A stretch of 64,000 nt of DNA from IMG/VR virus record IMGVR_UViG_651703056_000001, positions 32,001-96,000 of that record; one strand, 5' to 3'. Source of the stretch: a virus. Taxonomy: Duplodnaviria; Caudoviricetes. Position numbers and translations under genes: made by a program. A model generated the notes under the pieces. That model was not told the origin of the DNA. It made no database searches and saw only the letters and a program-made list of their open reading frames with translations. How positions within the stretch are numbered: the first letter of the stretch is position 1; the number at the start of each line of letters is the position of its first letter. This document shows, in pieces, positions 44,578 through 56,300 of the stretch.

Positions 44578-44868
44578 CTATCCTCCTTTCACACTGATTA
44601 AGTCCATTAAATCAAACGTAGATTGTTCATTAACTTCAACACGATTTTGAAGTGTCTTAATGTCTTCCTTTTGTTTTTCAATAATACTATCTTTGTCTTC
44701 TTCCCAGAGACCTCGTTCATAACTATAACGTGGGAATAAAATATTTTCGCTAGGTGGTGTGCGGACAAGACCCTCCCCTAGAGGAAGTTTGTCATCCACT
44801 TGATATGTCTTGTAGAATTTTCCATCTACTTTTTCATTTAACGGTTGATAAATTGTAATTGTTGCCAT
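44578..44868 (-). CDS. Tail-associated small protein
   Basis: PP....P.Y......WEE plus C-terminal coiled coil. Confidence 0.7.
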   Translation of the reverse strand: MATITIYQPLNEKVDGKFYKTYQVDDKLPLGEGLVRTPPSENILFPRYSYERGLWEEDKDSIIEKQKEDIKTLQNRVEVNEQSTFDLMDLISVKGG

Positions 44869-44886
44869 TTTTCCTCTTTTCTATTT

Positions 44887-46722
44887 TTAAGCTATTCTTC
44901 TAAAACGATATACAGAAACTGATGGTTGCCAGTTGTTGTGATTTGTATTATCTCCACTATTTTGAACACTAGCACCATCGCTATCCTGCTTGGTAAATAA
45001 ACCATTATGTGAAGGATTGCCAGCCATAGCAGATGTTCCGTTAATCGCTACCTGAGGATATACTATGCTACCAGTACCCCATGCATAAGTATATGACTGA
45101 TGCCCGTTGAAATGCTTAAAGTAGTGGCTATGTGATGTTAGGGGGTTAACTGAACCCACCGACCTATTTCCGCTGTTGATTGAATCATCTCCTTCATCAA
45201 CACCAACTGTTACCCGACCATTGCCGAATCGTTCCCAACGACCTCCCATGATATTAGCAGGATTTTCACTACTAGTACTTTCAAATATACATCCTACTGG
45301 GTAGAATATGTCAATTAGTAATTTACCATTTATTGACATATCACCAGAAACTTGGAAATTTTCTTTGCCCTCTTCAAATACCTTACCGACTGATGCACCA
45401 GTTGTACCCCAAGACATAGGCACTTGTGCCACAGGAATAACTGTAGTAGATACAGTTGACATAAATTCATCGTACATTGTAATTCTAATATTATATACTT
45501 TATCTATGTCTATAGCATCTTTAACTATTTTTCCTGACCAGCTTTCCCGAGTGGCACTACTATTTTGCTCTAATAAAATCCAACTTTTATTCATCTGTTG
45601 ATATTCTATTTTATACCCCATAGCATTATCGACACCAATTGCTTTTGAAGTTCCTGACCATGTGATATCTATAATCTCTTGAGCATCTTTCCTTCTTAGA
45701 GCCGATATTGTAGTGGTGGGATTGCTATATGGTGCTAGATTAATAGGTTGAGAGGAAGTGGCTTTATATCCACGACTATCTGTTACAGTCACTATGATGT
45801 CTAATTTTCCAGATTCTGCAACAAACCCTGAAACTATAGGGTTTCCTGTATATGTTGCATTACCAACTTTTGTTTCAATTTTAGAAATCGTACTATACAT
45901 TTTAGAACTTGCATTTGTATCAACTTTTAATTTTGATTTTGATTGGACATAAACAGCTCCCACTGCCGTGGTTACTTCTGGACTTCCTTCTGATATTGTA
46001 AATCCATTAATAACTGGTTGGAATCTACTATCATCAACTGTATTTATTGTTAACTTTGCACTAGAAGAACCTATTTTTGTTTCACCACTATATGTATCAC
46101 AAACTATTGTTCCCCATCCAGAAGTTTCGTTTGGAATGTACCTCGATAAATCCATACTTGGTGTTATATCTGTATCAACATAGTTAATTTTGTCTGCAAA
46201 AGTGTTCTCGTTTCCGTACCACTTGAATGTAAGAGTATGATTAAAACTACTACTAGCTCTATCAATATGTATATTTGCTCTATCACCAAAGTTGATTGTT
46301 GATGGATAAACAGAAACAGAACTTGTTCTTGGTATGGTGTTTAATGTTCCACCTCCAGAAACAGTCCGATTACCATAAAAAACTCCATTGAATGTTACAT
46401 TTATATTGTATGTAGCAGAGAAGCTAAACGATTTTGTTCCATCTGCATTATGAGGTATAGTCCAATTACCTGCAAAAAGCAATTTCTTTTGATTTGCACC
46501 TAAGTCAGAAGAATTTGTCCATGTTCTTCTTTCTCCGTTTATCGTCATAGAGCCTGCATTTTGAACTGGGGCATACATTGCTCCATAAACGTCCATTGAC
46601 TGTAAAAATAATTTACCTGTAATAACAGAGTTATTACTAGGTATGCTTTGAGATGCTATGTTCCACTCAAAGACTAACCTGTGTCTCGCAAATGAGACAT
46701 AGGTAGAGCCACTTGAAGCCAT
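44887..46722 (-). CDS. Baseplate/receptor-binding protein (DUF859-like N-terminus)
   Basis: QSI..N.S, HNADGTK, TIPR.S; C-terminal YPVG.I..S....NP....GG.W....GRV.VG and HNN.QP...VY..RR. Confidence 0.8.
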   Translation of the reverse strand: MASSGSTYVSFARHRLVFEWNIASQSIPSNNSVITGKLFLQSMDVYGAMYAPVQNAGSMTINGERRTWTNSSDLGANQKKLLFAGNWTIPHNADGTKSFSFSATYNINVTFNGVFYGNRTVSGGGTLNTIPRTSSVSVYPSTINFGDRANIHIDRASSSFNHTLTFKWYGNENTFADKINYVDTDITPSMDLSRYIPNETSGWGTIVCDTYSGETKIGSSSAKLTINTVDDSRFQPVINGFTISEGSPEVTTAVGAVYVQSKSKLKVDTNASSKMYSTISKIETKVGNATYTGNPIVSGFVAESGKLDIIVTVTDSRGYKATSSQPINLAPYSNPTTTISALRRKDAQEIIDITWSGTSKAIGVDNAMGYKIEYQQMNKSWILLEQNSSATRESWSGKIVKDAIDIDKVYNIRITMYDEFMSTVSTTVIPVAQVPMSWGTTGASVGKVFEEGKENFQVSGDMSINGKLLIDIFYPVGCIFESTSSENPANIMGGRWERFGNGRVTVGVDEGDDSINSGNRSVGSVNPLTSHSHYFKHFNGHQSYTYAWGTGSIVYPQVAINGTSAMAGNPSHNGLFTKQDSDGASVQNSGDNTNHNNWQPSVSVYRFRRIA

Positions 46723-49700
46723 TAAGTAATTCCTCCTACATATCTTATAATTGTTACTGGTGATTCATCTGAGAATTTAGTAATCAAATGATTACCAATT
46801 GTTGCTGACTCAAGGAAGACCCCTTTTTGGATATTAAGAACTTCCCCCGTAATAAATGCTACGTCAACGTTGTTATCCCAGAAGACGATTTTATCACTTG
46901 TTACTTGAATTGCCATTTTTGATTGTGCATTAGAAATGAACATTCCCTCTTCACTAAATGTAAATGATTCATTAATGAAATTCCATTTGACTTTCATTCT
47001 ATCATAGAACCCCTCAACAATAGTTGTTCTATCATTTACATTGTTTATATCTTCTTTGTTTTGAGTTGAAACATCTTGAAGATTGTTAATTGTAGTTTGA
47101 TAATCGTGTTCTAACCAAGATGTATAATCTTCATTAGAGACTGCATTTTGAGCCTGAACTAAAGCATCATTAGCTGTATTAGCAACAGATGCTAAATCAT
47201 CGAGTCCTGCTTTATTTGATAGACCACTATCAGAACTAGCTTGAACATATCTTGGATTTAATTGCCATCTATAATCTGATGGATTTTGAGAGTCTTTTTC
47301 TCCAACACCCACATACATAGGTATTGCATCCTGCCATTGAGCTTGTGACTCACTTTGGCTTGGTGTCAAAGGAGTAGCGATTGAACCTGGTTCTATCTTT
47401 AAGTCCCATATACTAAATGTACCTACTTTATTAGCAAACCCATTAATATATAGCTGTTGGTCTGACTCACTTGGAATACTAGAACTGGTTCTTAGTTGAA
47501 TAACAACTTTTTGGTCTCCGTTGCTAGATAAAATTGTAGGATTATTAAGTTGATTAACAAAATTATGTTGAGCTGGGGCATTGGCGAAGAGTACACCAGG
47601 TTTTATATCTGTTGATACGTTTGCCATGAAGCTTAGTACATAATCAGTATCAGGCTTAAATTTATCCTTTTGAAGACCTGAAAACATATAAACAGCCCAA
47701 TCAGTAGAAGCTCTGGTGTAAGTAAAATTATATTTATAGCCACTATTAAAAGGTACATATTGTGCCGTGTATTCACCATTTCCGCCCAGTAGCCAACTTT
47801 TATCATTTGAATTACTTCCATCCAGCAGATTCAAGTTCGGATAAGTAGTACTGAATCTATCAGTTCCGTCAGCGTTCCAAGAGTATGCGGTATACGCATT
47901 TGAGTCCTGTCCTTTGAAGATTGCCCATTGATATTTACTGTAGTCTAAGCTTGATTCAACATTACTGTCTGTGTACTGACCGATGTAGCTTGGCCAGTCA
48001 GCGGTTGTGACTTCACTTGATGAGGGCATCCAAGGAGTGGCAGTTGAACCTAGTTCCCATTTATGACCAGCATTCCATAAGATTGAATCTGCACCTGAAC
48101 CAGTTATTTCATATTTGGCATAAATAGTATCACCGGCTTTCAAAGTTACTTGAAATGAATCTCTTAACCAATCAAATGTATCACCAATTCGTTTATTGGG
48201 TATTATAGATCCAGTAGCACCACCATTTATAGTAACAAATCGATATACACTTACTGCACTACCAGACCCTTTTACATAAGCTGAGAAAGTGTAAACACCG
48301 TCTTTAGGGGCAGTAAATGTTTTATAGATACCGTTCCATTGAGCGGTTCTTTTCTTAACAGTTAATCCTTTATATGTTCCGTCAGTTACCCAACTACTTG
48401 AATTTGTCCAAGTCCCGCTAAAATCTTTAGTACCGTCTAACAAATTCAAATTCGGATAAACAGTGCTGAATCTATCAGTTCCGTCTGCGCTATAAGACCA
48501 TGCTGTGTGGAAATATGAGTTATTTCCATTTTCTCCTAAAATACGACTCCATGTATAATCAGAAGGATTGATGCTGTCAGTAGCAGTGTAATCTGTGTAA
48601 GTTCCTATATACGCATATTTAACAGGATTGGTTAGATTTTCCACCTCAATCTCGATATCAAAATCCACTTGTGAGCTATCTGCTACGCCACCAAAGTTTA
48701 ATTGCATCCAAACATTGCTAGTTGTTGCGGTGTATTCTAACTGATATTCCGTTGATGCTATAATTTCGTTTGGTAACACAATTTTACTTGTTGATGTAAC
48801 GCTCTCTGTATATGCGTTGTTTACTACAAACTGCAAGCCATAGTTATTATATAATCCAAAGGCTAGGCGGTTGGTATAGTGGACGGTAAATCTAAGTTTG
48901 TCACCAACTTTAGCTGGGAATGATTTAGATAATACTTCATATCCGCTAGTGCCTTTTCCAGTAACTTTAAAACTTCTGTCGGCATTACTAACAAAGTTGT
49001 AAGTAGAACTAGACATTGAAGTGTTTTTCGCCCAGCTAGTAAAATTTAAAATATCTAGTCCAACAGCTGATTTATAATCAGGATTAAAATCAAGAGTACC
49101 GTCTGCGCTGTTGGCATAAGCAGTGTGAGTATATGCTTTATTTCTATCAATAATAACTGGCAAGGTTTGTTCATCAATTAAATTAAGTGTGCTTCCTGCA
49201 AGATAAAATTGTAATTTTACATGTGTTATATCCTTATCGAATGGTTTATATGTTACTATAGATTCATCAGAAGATGAAGTGTATTTAAGAAAATAATTCT
49301 TCCCACCATCTTTTGATTCATAAATTTTATATCTACCTAGATATTCTGTTGTACTGCCACCTACTAATTCTTGATTCCCTATTACAGTGATTGGTGTATT
49401 GACCCATTCGTCATAAGGTGTTTTTCGCAAAGAATCAGAAGTAAGCATCCAGCGATTTATGTTTCCTGATGTATCTTTATATTTCTTTATTTTAAACTCT
49501 TTTTTCAGAGTTTCTTTTCCTTGGGTTGCAACTATAACTATTGTTTCCAAGTCTGTTTTTGCTGATAAGACTTTTACTGTATTTTTTGAAACTGTATAAA
49601 CTACATTGTTGTTTCTCTCAACAGAGAAAGTCCAATTGCTTGTATCTAAAACACCGTCTCTATATACATTCATTTCTGTCGAAGCATAATCATAATTTCC

Positions 49701-52448
49701 TGACGAGCCGTTAGGGTCTGTGAAAATTGTAATGAAGTCATTTGATAAAGTTGAAACTATAGTTCCCTTTAGAGGAGCTATATCATCTTCTGTAACGAGA
49801 TTGGAGTCAGCTCCAATTGTAACTTTCTTATTAAGTTTTATTTCACCTGTATTAAGGTTGATGATAATTCCATCATCTTTGCCTTTAATAACACCCGCAT
49901 TCATTACTAAGTCAGCGTTGAACTCTGTTTTACTATTAATCTCTAATAGCTTACCATCAATCTTGACACCTTCCTCAGAAAGATTTAATGCAGTAACAAC
50001 ATTATCATTTTTGACGTAATTCAAAGAAATTCCAGTTTCGAGAGTTTTTATTTCAGACCTAGTATAATCAAATGATATAATTGATTCTAACGCTTGTTTC
50101 TTTTTATCATAGTTGATAAATTTCTCTTTAAATACTTCTGGGGCAATTGTTGTTGTTTTTGTTATATTAGCATCATCTAAGATAGAATAACCATCTGATT
50201 GTTGTGTTTGATTTAAATATTTATTCAAATCTTCATATGCTATAACATACTCATTATACTCATCAGGATAAGGATTTTCTTTAGTAGGTTTTCCTCTTCC
50301 TTTCATGAAAGAAGAAATCATAGAGCTGTGTATATCTGTGATTTTAGTCCATTGATTCTTTAATTGTTTCTTTTCATACTCGTTGATTAAATTATCATTT
50401 GCAATCTCATCATAAGTAAGCAACAATTTATTCCATGATTCGATAACGTTCTTAGGGTTTCCCTCATGACCACTCATGATTTTAATTGAATCCATGTTGA
50501 CTGTCAGACCAGTATTGTCAATAACAAAGCTACCTGAATCGTTTGTAATAATCAGATTATTACCTGCTAAAATTTTACCGATAAGTGTTTCAGCAATAAC
50601 TCCATTAGGTGTAATTGATGTATTCCATGTCTTACCATTGTCTTTAGAGAGGGCTACAACACCTGATTGAATAATAATTACTTCGTTTGGAAAATCTGGG
50701 TTACGAACCATCATACCATGATTATCAAGAGTGATTGATTCATTTGCACCAGCGACAATACGATTATCGACCGCTTTAATTTCTTTATCTCTCCAAGCTG
50801 TAACTTCATCTTTAACTTCTACAATGTTGTTCCATTTGTATTTGTTATTTTCTAAGATTGAAGACGACGACTCCGCCTGATAAATAATTGTTGCTAATCT
50901 ATCAAGAGCATCAATGTCATCCATATTGTCAGATATTTCAAGTTGGAAATCGCCAGAAACTAAATCACCACTATAACCAATGATAATTGATGTATATTCT
51001 TCATCTAATTTGTTAGATTTAATCTTAACTTCTTCACCAATTTCTAATCTTCCATGATACTTCTTAGACTCAATAGAATTAATGAATGATGCTAAATCTG
51101 TCTTAAATGAGCGTGTTGGTTTTTGATATTTCTCAAATTCATCTACAGTTGCTTTATATAATTCTTTTGCATCAATATATCTGTCATCTGAGAAATCTTT
51201 CTCATAAATAAATAATTTTAACTCTTCCACTAAATCTGCTCTAAAAGAATTTGTTGAGATAATTTCTTGATAACCAACTATTGTCTTATTCCAAACTTCA
51301 ATAGTTTTATTTATAGAATCAATTTCTGAACCTTTGTCATCAACTTGTTTTTGTTTTGCAATGATTTCAGACTCTCTTTGAGCAGTCAAAGATTTATTGT
51401 TTGTTGACTTTGCAGTATCTAACAGAGCTTGTAGGGTAATCATTTCTCCGTCAAGGTCAGCTTTTTCAGACATTTTTTTTGTTAAATCAACATATCCTTG
51501 ATTGATTAATTTTTGTAGATTATCAATTTTTGGATTATAGACTTTTTGTAATTCCATCAAATCTAACAAAGCATGAGCTAAATCATCAGACATGTAATCT
51601 GAATGGTGTAATACATTTTTATGTTCATCACGCTTAAATGGCTGTATGAAATATGAGAAATCTTCAATATATCGCATACCAGTTGGATTCGCTGATGAAA
51701 TATCTAAATCTTCATTCCCTTTCGCATACATTCTTGTGACTATTTCTTCTGATGTTGATGAAATATCTATAGAATTTGCATAGTTTTCACGTTTAAGAAC
51801 AACACCACGAAACACTCTTAATTCATCAATTGTTAAAAGATTTAATGTTCTTGTTTCTCCATCGAAATCTGTTATTGCTCCATAAGCTTCAATACCGCTT
51901 TGAATGGCTTCATATCTTGTTTGCTTATCTTGTTCTGAAAATGTTCTATATGTATTTTTTAATTTATTTGAAATGTGTCCCAGTTTCCAAGGTGACTGTT
52001 CGAGAACTTTACGGAAATATTCTTCTGCTCCAATACTTGTTCCATCTATCGTAACATTTGTTGTTCTGAGTTCACTCTCTAAACTATCACAAGATATCTT
52101 AGTTGTAATTCCGTCACTTGAATCATTTTTTTCAATGGTTATGATTCTAAACCAATTTACTCTACCTCCATACCACGTTAATTTAATAAGTTTCTCTTCT
52201 TTGATGCTATCTAGGTCAGGGTTTTTGATGTATTCAATTTCATCAGTTACACCTTTACTTTTAGACTCTACCAAATAAGGTATTTCAAATTCAAAATGTG
52301 GGAGTGAGTTTAGTTTAACATCTGATATATTAGCTGTGTTAATATTTGAGATGTTCTGTGTTATGACTTTACTAGGAAGAGCAAGTTGAACCTTAAACGG
52401 TCTCTTACTTCTAGTTAGGTCTAGGTCTAACCCTAAATCTTTTAACAT
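46722..52448 (-). CDS. Tail tip (Tal)/host-specificity protein with carbohydrate-binding insertions
   Basis: Follows Dit; TRMYAKG tail-tip motif; repeated (H)TAY/W..SADGT, NLNLLDG and YIG.YTD..Y.W modules. Confidence 0.85.
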   Translation of the reverse strand: MLKDLGLDLDLTRSKRPFKVQLALPSKVITQNISNINTANISDVKLNSLPHFEFEIPYLVESKSKGVTDEIEYIKNPDLDSIKEEKLIKLTWYGGRVNWFRIITIEKNDSSDGITTKISCDSLESELRTTNVTIDGTSIGAEEYFRKVLEQSPWKLGHISNKLKNTYRTFSEQDKQTRYEAIQSGIEAYGAITDFDGETRTLNLLTIDELRVFRGVVLKRENYANSIDISSTSEEIVTRMYAKGNEDLDISSANPTGMRYIEDFSYFIQPFKRDEHKNVLHHSDYMSDDLAHALLDLMELQKVYNPKIDNLQKLINQGYVDLTKKMSEKADLDGEMITLQALLDTAKSTNNKSLTAQRESEIIAKQKQVDDKGSEIDSINKTIEVWNKTIVGYQEIISTNSFRADLVEELKLFIYEKDFSDDRYIDAKELYKATVDEFEKYQKPTRSFKTDLASFINSIESKKYHGRLEIGEEVKIKSNKLDEEYTSIIIGYSGDLVSGDFQLEISDNMDDIDALDRLATIIYQAESSSSILENNKYKWNNIVEVKDEVTAWRDKEIKAVDNRIVAGANESITLDNHGMMVRNPDFPNEVIIIQSGVVALSKDNGKTWNTSITPNGVIAETLIGKILAGNNLIITNDSGSFVIDNTGLTVNMDSIKIMSGHEGNPKNVIESWNKLLLTYDEIANDNLINEYEKKQLKNQWTKITDIHSSMISSFMKGRGKPTKENPYPDEYNEYVIAYEDLNKYLNQTQQSDGYSILDDANITKTTTIAPEVFKEKFINYDKKKQALESIISFDYTRSEIKTLETGISLNYVKNDNVVTALNLSEEGVKIDGKLLEINSKTEFNADLVMNAGVIKGKDDGIIINLNTGEIKLNKKVTIGADSNLVTEDDIAPLKGTIVSTLSNDFITIFTDPNGSSGNYDYASTEMNVYRDGVLDTSNWTFSVERNNNVVYTVSKNTVKVLSAKTDLETIVIVATQGKETLKKEFKIKKYKDTSGNINRWMLTSDSLRKTPYDEWVNTPITVIGNQELVGGSTTEYLGRYKIYESKDGGKNYFLKYTSSSDESIVTYKPFDKDITHVKLQFYLAGSTLNLIDEQTLPVIIDRNKAYTHTAYANSADGTLDFNPDYKSAVGLDILNFTSWAKNTSMSSSTYNFVSNADRSFKVTGKGTSGYEVLSKSFPAKVGDKLRFTVHYTNRLAFGLYNNYGLQFVVNNAYTESVTSTSKIVLPNEIIASTEYQLEYTATTSNVWMQLNFGGVADSSQVDFDIEIEVENLTNPVKYAYIGTYTDYTATDSINPSDYTWSRILGENGNNSYFHTAWSYSADGTDRFSTVYPNLNLLDGTKDFSGTWTNSSSWVTDGTYKGLTVKKRTAQWNGIYKTFTAPKDGVYTFSAYVKGSGSAVSVYRFVTINGGATGSIIPNKRIGDTFDWLRDSFQVTLKAGDTIYAKYEITGSGADSILWNAGHKWELGSTATPWMPSSSEVTTADWPSYIGQYTDSNVESSLDYSKYQWAIFKGQDSNAYTAYSWNADGTDRFSTTYPNLNLLDGSNSNDKSWLLGGNGEYTAQYVPFNSGYKYNFTYTRASTDWAVYMFSGLQKDKFKPDTDYVLSFMANVSTDIKPGVLFANAPAQHNFVNQLNNPTILSSNGDQKVVIQLRTSSSIPSESDQQLYINGFANKVGTFSIWDLKIEPGSIATPLTPSQSESQAQWQDAIPMYVGVGEKDSQNPSDYRWQLNPRYVQASSDSGLSNKAGLDDLASVANTANDALVQAQNAVSNEDYTSWLEHDYQTTINNLQDVSTQNKEDINNVNDRTTIVEGFYDRMKVKWNFINESFTFSEEGMFISNAQSKMAIQVTSDKIVFWDNNVDVAFITGEVLNIQKGVFLESATIGNHLITKFSDESPVTIIRYVGGIT

Positions 52449-52483
52449 AGCATTTACTCCTCTATATATTTCCTTTATACTCT

Positions 52484-52512
52484 ATTATACCATAATTCTT
52501 GCATAGGCGCAA
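52484..52512 (-). promoter_or_regulatory. Promoter for Tal gene
   Basis: TTGCGC-17-TATAAT with TG on - strand, after dit terminator. Confidence 0.6.
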
Positions 52513-52530
52513 GTGCAAAGTTATATATAT

Positions 52531-52560
52531 AAAAAAAATAAGATGCCTAAGCATCTTATT
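52531..52560 (-). terminator. Terminator after dit
   Basis: AATAAGATGC/GCATCTTATT hairpin with T-run on - strand. Confidence 0.75.
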
Positions 52561-53320
52561 TAATATAGTATGGTTGATAGGTAATAATGACCTTGAGGTT
52601 TTGACTTGCTGGGACACTAACTGTATTTACCTTTTTCAAAAAACTTAATTTAGATAAATCTCCCACATAATCTGAATAATGATATACATTATCTAAATTA
52701 CTAGAAATTTCTTCCTCGTAAGGATTTATTGTAACAACTTCATTTGCTTTCAAATTCTTTATCTGTAGTGTATATCCATTTACTGTTATTGAATATGCTC
52801 CATCTTTCAATGGATATAAATCAATATTCATCTCTGGATTTATTTTACCATCCAACGTAACACTAATTGAATCTTTGTTTGCCATCTTTTCAAATGACAA
52901 GATATTTCCATACATATATGGAGAGTTAGTTATCATAGAAACAACTATATAACCTCTTCCAGTTCCTGTATGTACTATCCTAGATTCTCCATTTGGCATC
53001 GCATAGACAAATTTATTCAATCCTTCAAATTGTAATTTACTGTAGTACTCTTTACCATAGAGCCAATCAATTACTTTGTTGATTAATTCATCTGTGAAAT
53101 CTTTCTCGAAAGCTAAATTCAATTCAAATGACAAATCTTCATAAGTCACACCATTGAATAGTGATTTTCGTACATCTTTCACCGTCTCTGAGTTAACAGT
53201 TCGACTTGCAACTAATGCTTCATCAAACATTCCATTATCCATAGAAACGTTTATAATTCCAAATTCGCTAGTATTCTTTCCGTTGTATGTAAAACTCATC
53301 TTATCTTTAATAGTACTCAT
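52556..53320 (-). CDS. Distal tail protein (Dit)
   Basis: FTYNG..T.EFG N-terminus, WL...L.F, SPY.YG; position after tape measure. Confidence 0.8.
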   Translation of the reverse strand: MSTIKDKMSFTYNGKNTSEFGIINVSMDNGMFDEALVASRTVNSETVKDVRKSLFNGVTYEDLSFELNLAFEKDFTDELINKVIDWLYGKEYYSKLQFEGLNKFVYAMPNGESRIVHTGTGRGYIVVSMITNSPYMYGNILSFEKMANKDSISVTLDGKINPEMNIDLYPLKDGAYSITVNGYTLQIKNLKANEVVTINPYEEEISSNLDNVYHYSDYVGDLSKLSFLKKVNTVSVPASQNLKVIITYQPYYIK

Positions 53321-53371
53321 TTTACCAACTTTCTATAAAAATAATTGAAGGGTGGGTTACACCCTATCCAA

Positions 53372-56300
53372 TTATCTACGTGATTTCAATCTATCCATAA
53401 CTTCGTCTGCAAATCTAACAGCACCTTCTTTGTCACCACGATAGTTTTCAAAGTTGAATTGCATATCGCCTACAACTAAGCTATTACCAGACTTAGAGGC
53501 TTGTATTGATTTTATAAAGTCATTGAGTTGATTTTTAGTTTTGTCTACAATTGATACTGTTTTTAAAATATCGCTTGTTTGATTTTTATTTAAGACCATT
53601 TCTTTCTTGTGGAGCATGGCAACTTTGCCTTGATTGCCGAACCAATCACCAGTATAACCACCAGTATCAAAGGGAATCAACAACTTTCTACCAATTGGAA
53701 CTCGGTAAGGGTCAATACCACCATTGGCTTTTTGAATCTTAGTCCATTGATAATAATTTCCATAATACTTCTTAGCTAAATCCCAAAGTGTATCTCCATT
53801 AACAACTGTGTGTGTAGCTTTTACTCCTGTTTGTCTTGCAGGTCTTGATGCAGGTTTTGGTTCAGGTGGAAGATAAGGATTTACATCTCTATGTGCTATA
53901 AACGAACTTGTTGCACCAGTAGTATAGTTAGGGTTGTTGACGTTGTTTCCTTTTTGTTGACTTGCATTCAAGTCATTTAAGTTTTTATTTATACTATTGA
54001 GTTCTGTTAATTGGTCTTTTATACTTAACCATATATTTGATACATCAGTTAGATTATCTCCAACAATAGATTTGATATCATCAGGACTCAAGTTTTCTGT
54101 CCCCATGATTCCTTTTCCATTGCCACTCATTAATTCAGATAGTTCATCTTGCATATCATTCATCATTTGAGTTAAGACATTTGTATCACCTGCATTCCAT
54201 TTGTCTACTGCATTTTTCCATGATGTATCATCACTGATTAACTTATCATAATAATCTTGAATTTGTTTAGACTTATCATTGATTTCACTGACATTATTAT
54301 CATAATTTGTGTTTTCATTATCTTTATTTTTATTTACTTGGTCGAGTTGTTCTTGTTTTTGTTTATCAAGTTGTTCTTTCCAGAGTGTATCTTGTCTCTC
54401 TAATTGAGCATCTGTGATATCTTTATTCAAGTCCGTCAGTTGCTTTTGCAAGTCTGCTAAAGCCTTTTTACCCTCTAACGAATTATCTCTTGAAGCTAAT
54501 GATATTTTTTGCATAAAATCTGCACGTTTAGCATTAAAGTCTTCTATCTTCTTAGCATATGTTTCTTCGGCTTTTTCCGAATCACGTTCTTTCACTTTTG
54601 CATCGTAGACTTCATTTATTTTTGAAATCTCATCATCGTATGATTTTATTTTTGCATCATGTGTTGTTTTTAGGTTTTCAAGCTCTTTTTCAGTAGATTG
54701 TTTGCTTAATGTTTGCATTTGTTTATAATAGTTTTTGAGTGAAGATACTTCGTCTTGTGCAACTTTTTCACGAGCATCGGCAACTGCTTTTTGTTCTTTT
54801 AAGGTATCAAGAACAGCACTATTATAATTCTTTTGAGCTTCCTCAAGCATCTTTTGCATTTCAATAGCTTGTTTAGATGAAGCACCATATTTTTTGCTTG
54901 CATTATTATATTCAGCTTGATATTTAGCAACTTGATTCTTGTACGTAAGTTCAAGTTTTTGTTGTTGCTCTATCATGTCATATTGAATCTTAAGCTGTTG
55001 ACCTACATCATTTGGATTGGTGTATTGAAGTTTCTCGTTCTTGAAGTTTAATGCATCTTTAGCTTTTTGAATAGAACCAATTGTCTTATCCCAATTGTTT
55101 CCAATATCAGCAATATAGTCAAGATAAATATCAATGTCACTTTGTCTGATTTCGTTATTAAGATTTTCAATTTGTGTTTCAAGTTTCCACAAGTTACCTG
55201 AGTTTGTGTCATACTCCTGTTGCAACTCATTGTAACGTTTGCGTTGAGCTTCTGTATGTTTATTTGTATGTCTTAATCCTTCAAGTTCTTTAGCAATTGC
55301 ATTTTGACGTCTAATCATTGCTTGATACTGAGCTTGTTGTTGGTTTAATAAACTCTTGTTTAAGTTTTGAATACCAAGTAACTGATTACGATAAGCAACT
55401 GTATTCTCAATTAATCGTTTCAAAACAGATTCTGATTTGTCAATCTTAGTTTGAGTTTGGTCGATTGTTAAACCTGCTGTGTCTCTATGATAGAGAGCAT
55501 CTAATGAGTTACCAGCACTTTCTCCGAACACAGGAATAAATTCTTGCATTGTCTGAATAGCTGGGGTGATACTAGGAACATAAGTACCTGCTCCACCTTC
55601 TCCTGAGCTACCAGAACCAGATTCGCCTTCACTTCCTGCAAATCCTCCGCCTAGTGCACCCATTCCATTAGTACCTCTTATTCCGAAGAGACTACCTAGA
55701 CCAAGTTTTTGAGCTGTTTGTAACCACAAATCAATACCACGGTCTCTACGTTGTGGGATAAGTGGGATGATTGCTTCTTCACCCTCTTCACCATGCCACG
55801 CAAGTTCAGGTGTATCAACGAATCCACCATTATAGTATCCGTGTCCACTATAAGCATTAACTAATGAACCATACCTACCGAGTGCATATCTGATTGAAGC
55901 AAGAATGTTATCGAGAGGGGAGTAGATATTATTATATCCTGGCATTTTATTCGCTTGGAAAGTTGGGTCAATAACTTGCATAAGACCTTTAGATGGTGTT
56001 CCATTCACAGCATTAACATCCCAACCATTGATTGCCATTGGGTTACCACCAGACTCAGTTTGCATTTGATATAGCAATGCTTGCAAGTTTTGTGGTGTGA
56101 ATTGACCAGTCATCATCAAAGCTTGTGAAGCTACGCCAGTCCATTGTTGAACACCTGCACCAGCGACACCTCCACCGCCTCCTCCAAACGCACCTGCTAA
56201 AGCAGAGAAGTCGCCTGAGACGTAAGCTTTAATTTTATCTAGTGTATCAAATACTCCGCCACCAAAGTCTTTAAATACTTCTTTACCAAGTTCTTTAAGG

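Noticed and set aside
44887-49140. Diversity-generating retroelement or invertase shufflon acting on tail genes
   Set aside because: No reverse transcriptase, no adenine-specific repeat pair, and the repeats are direct and in frame.
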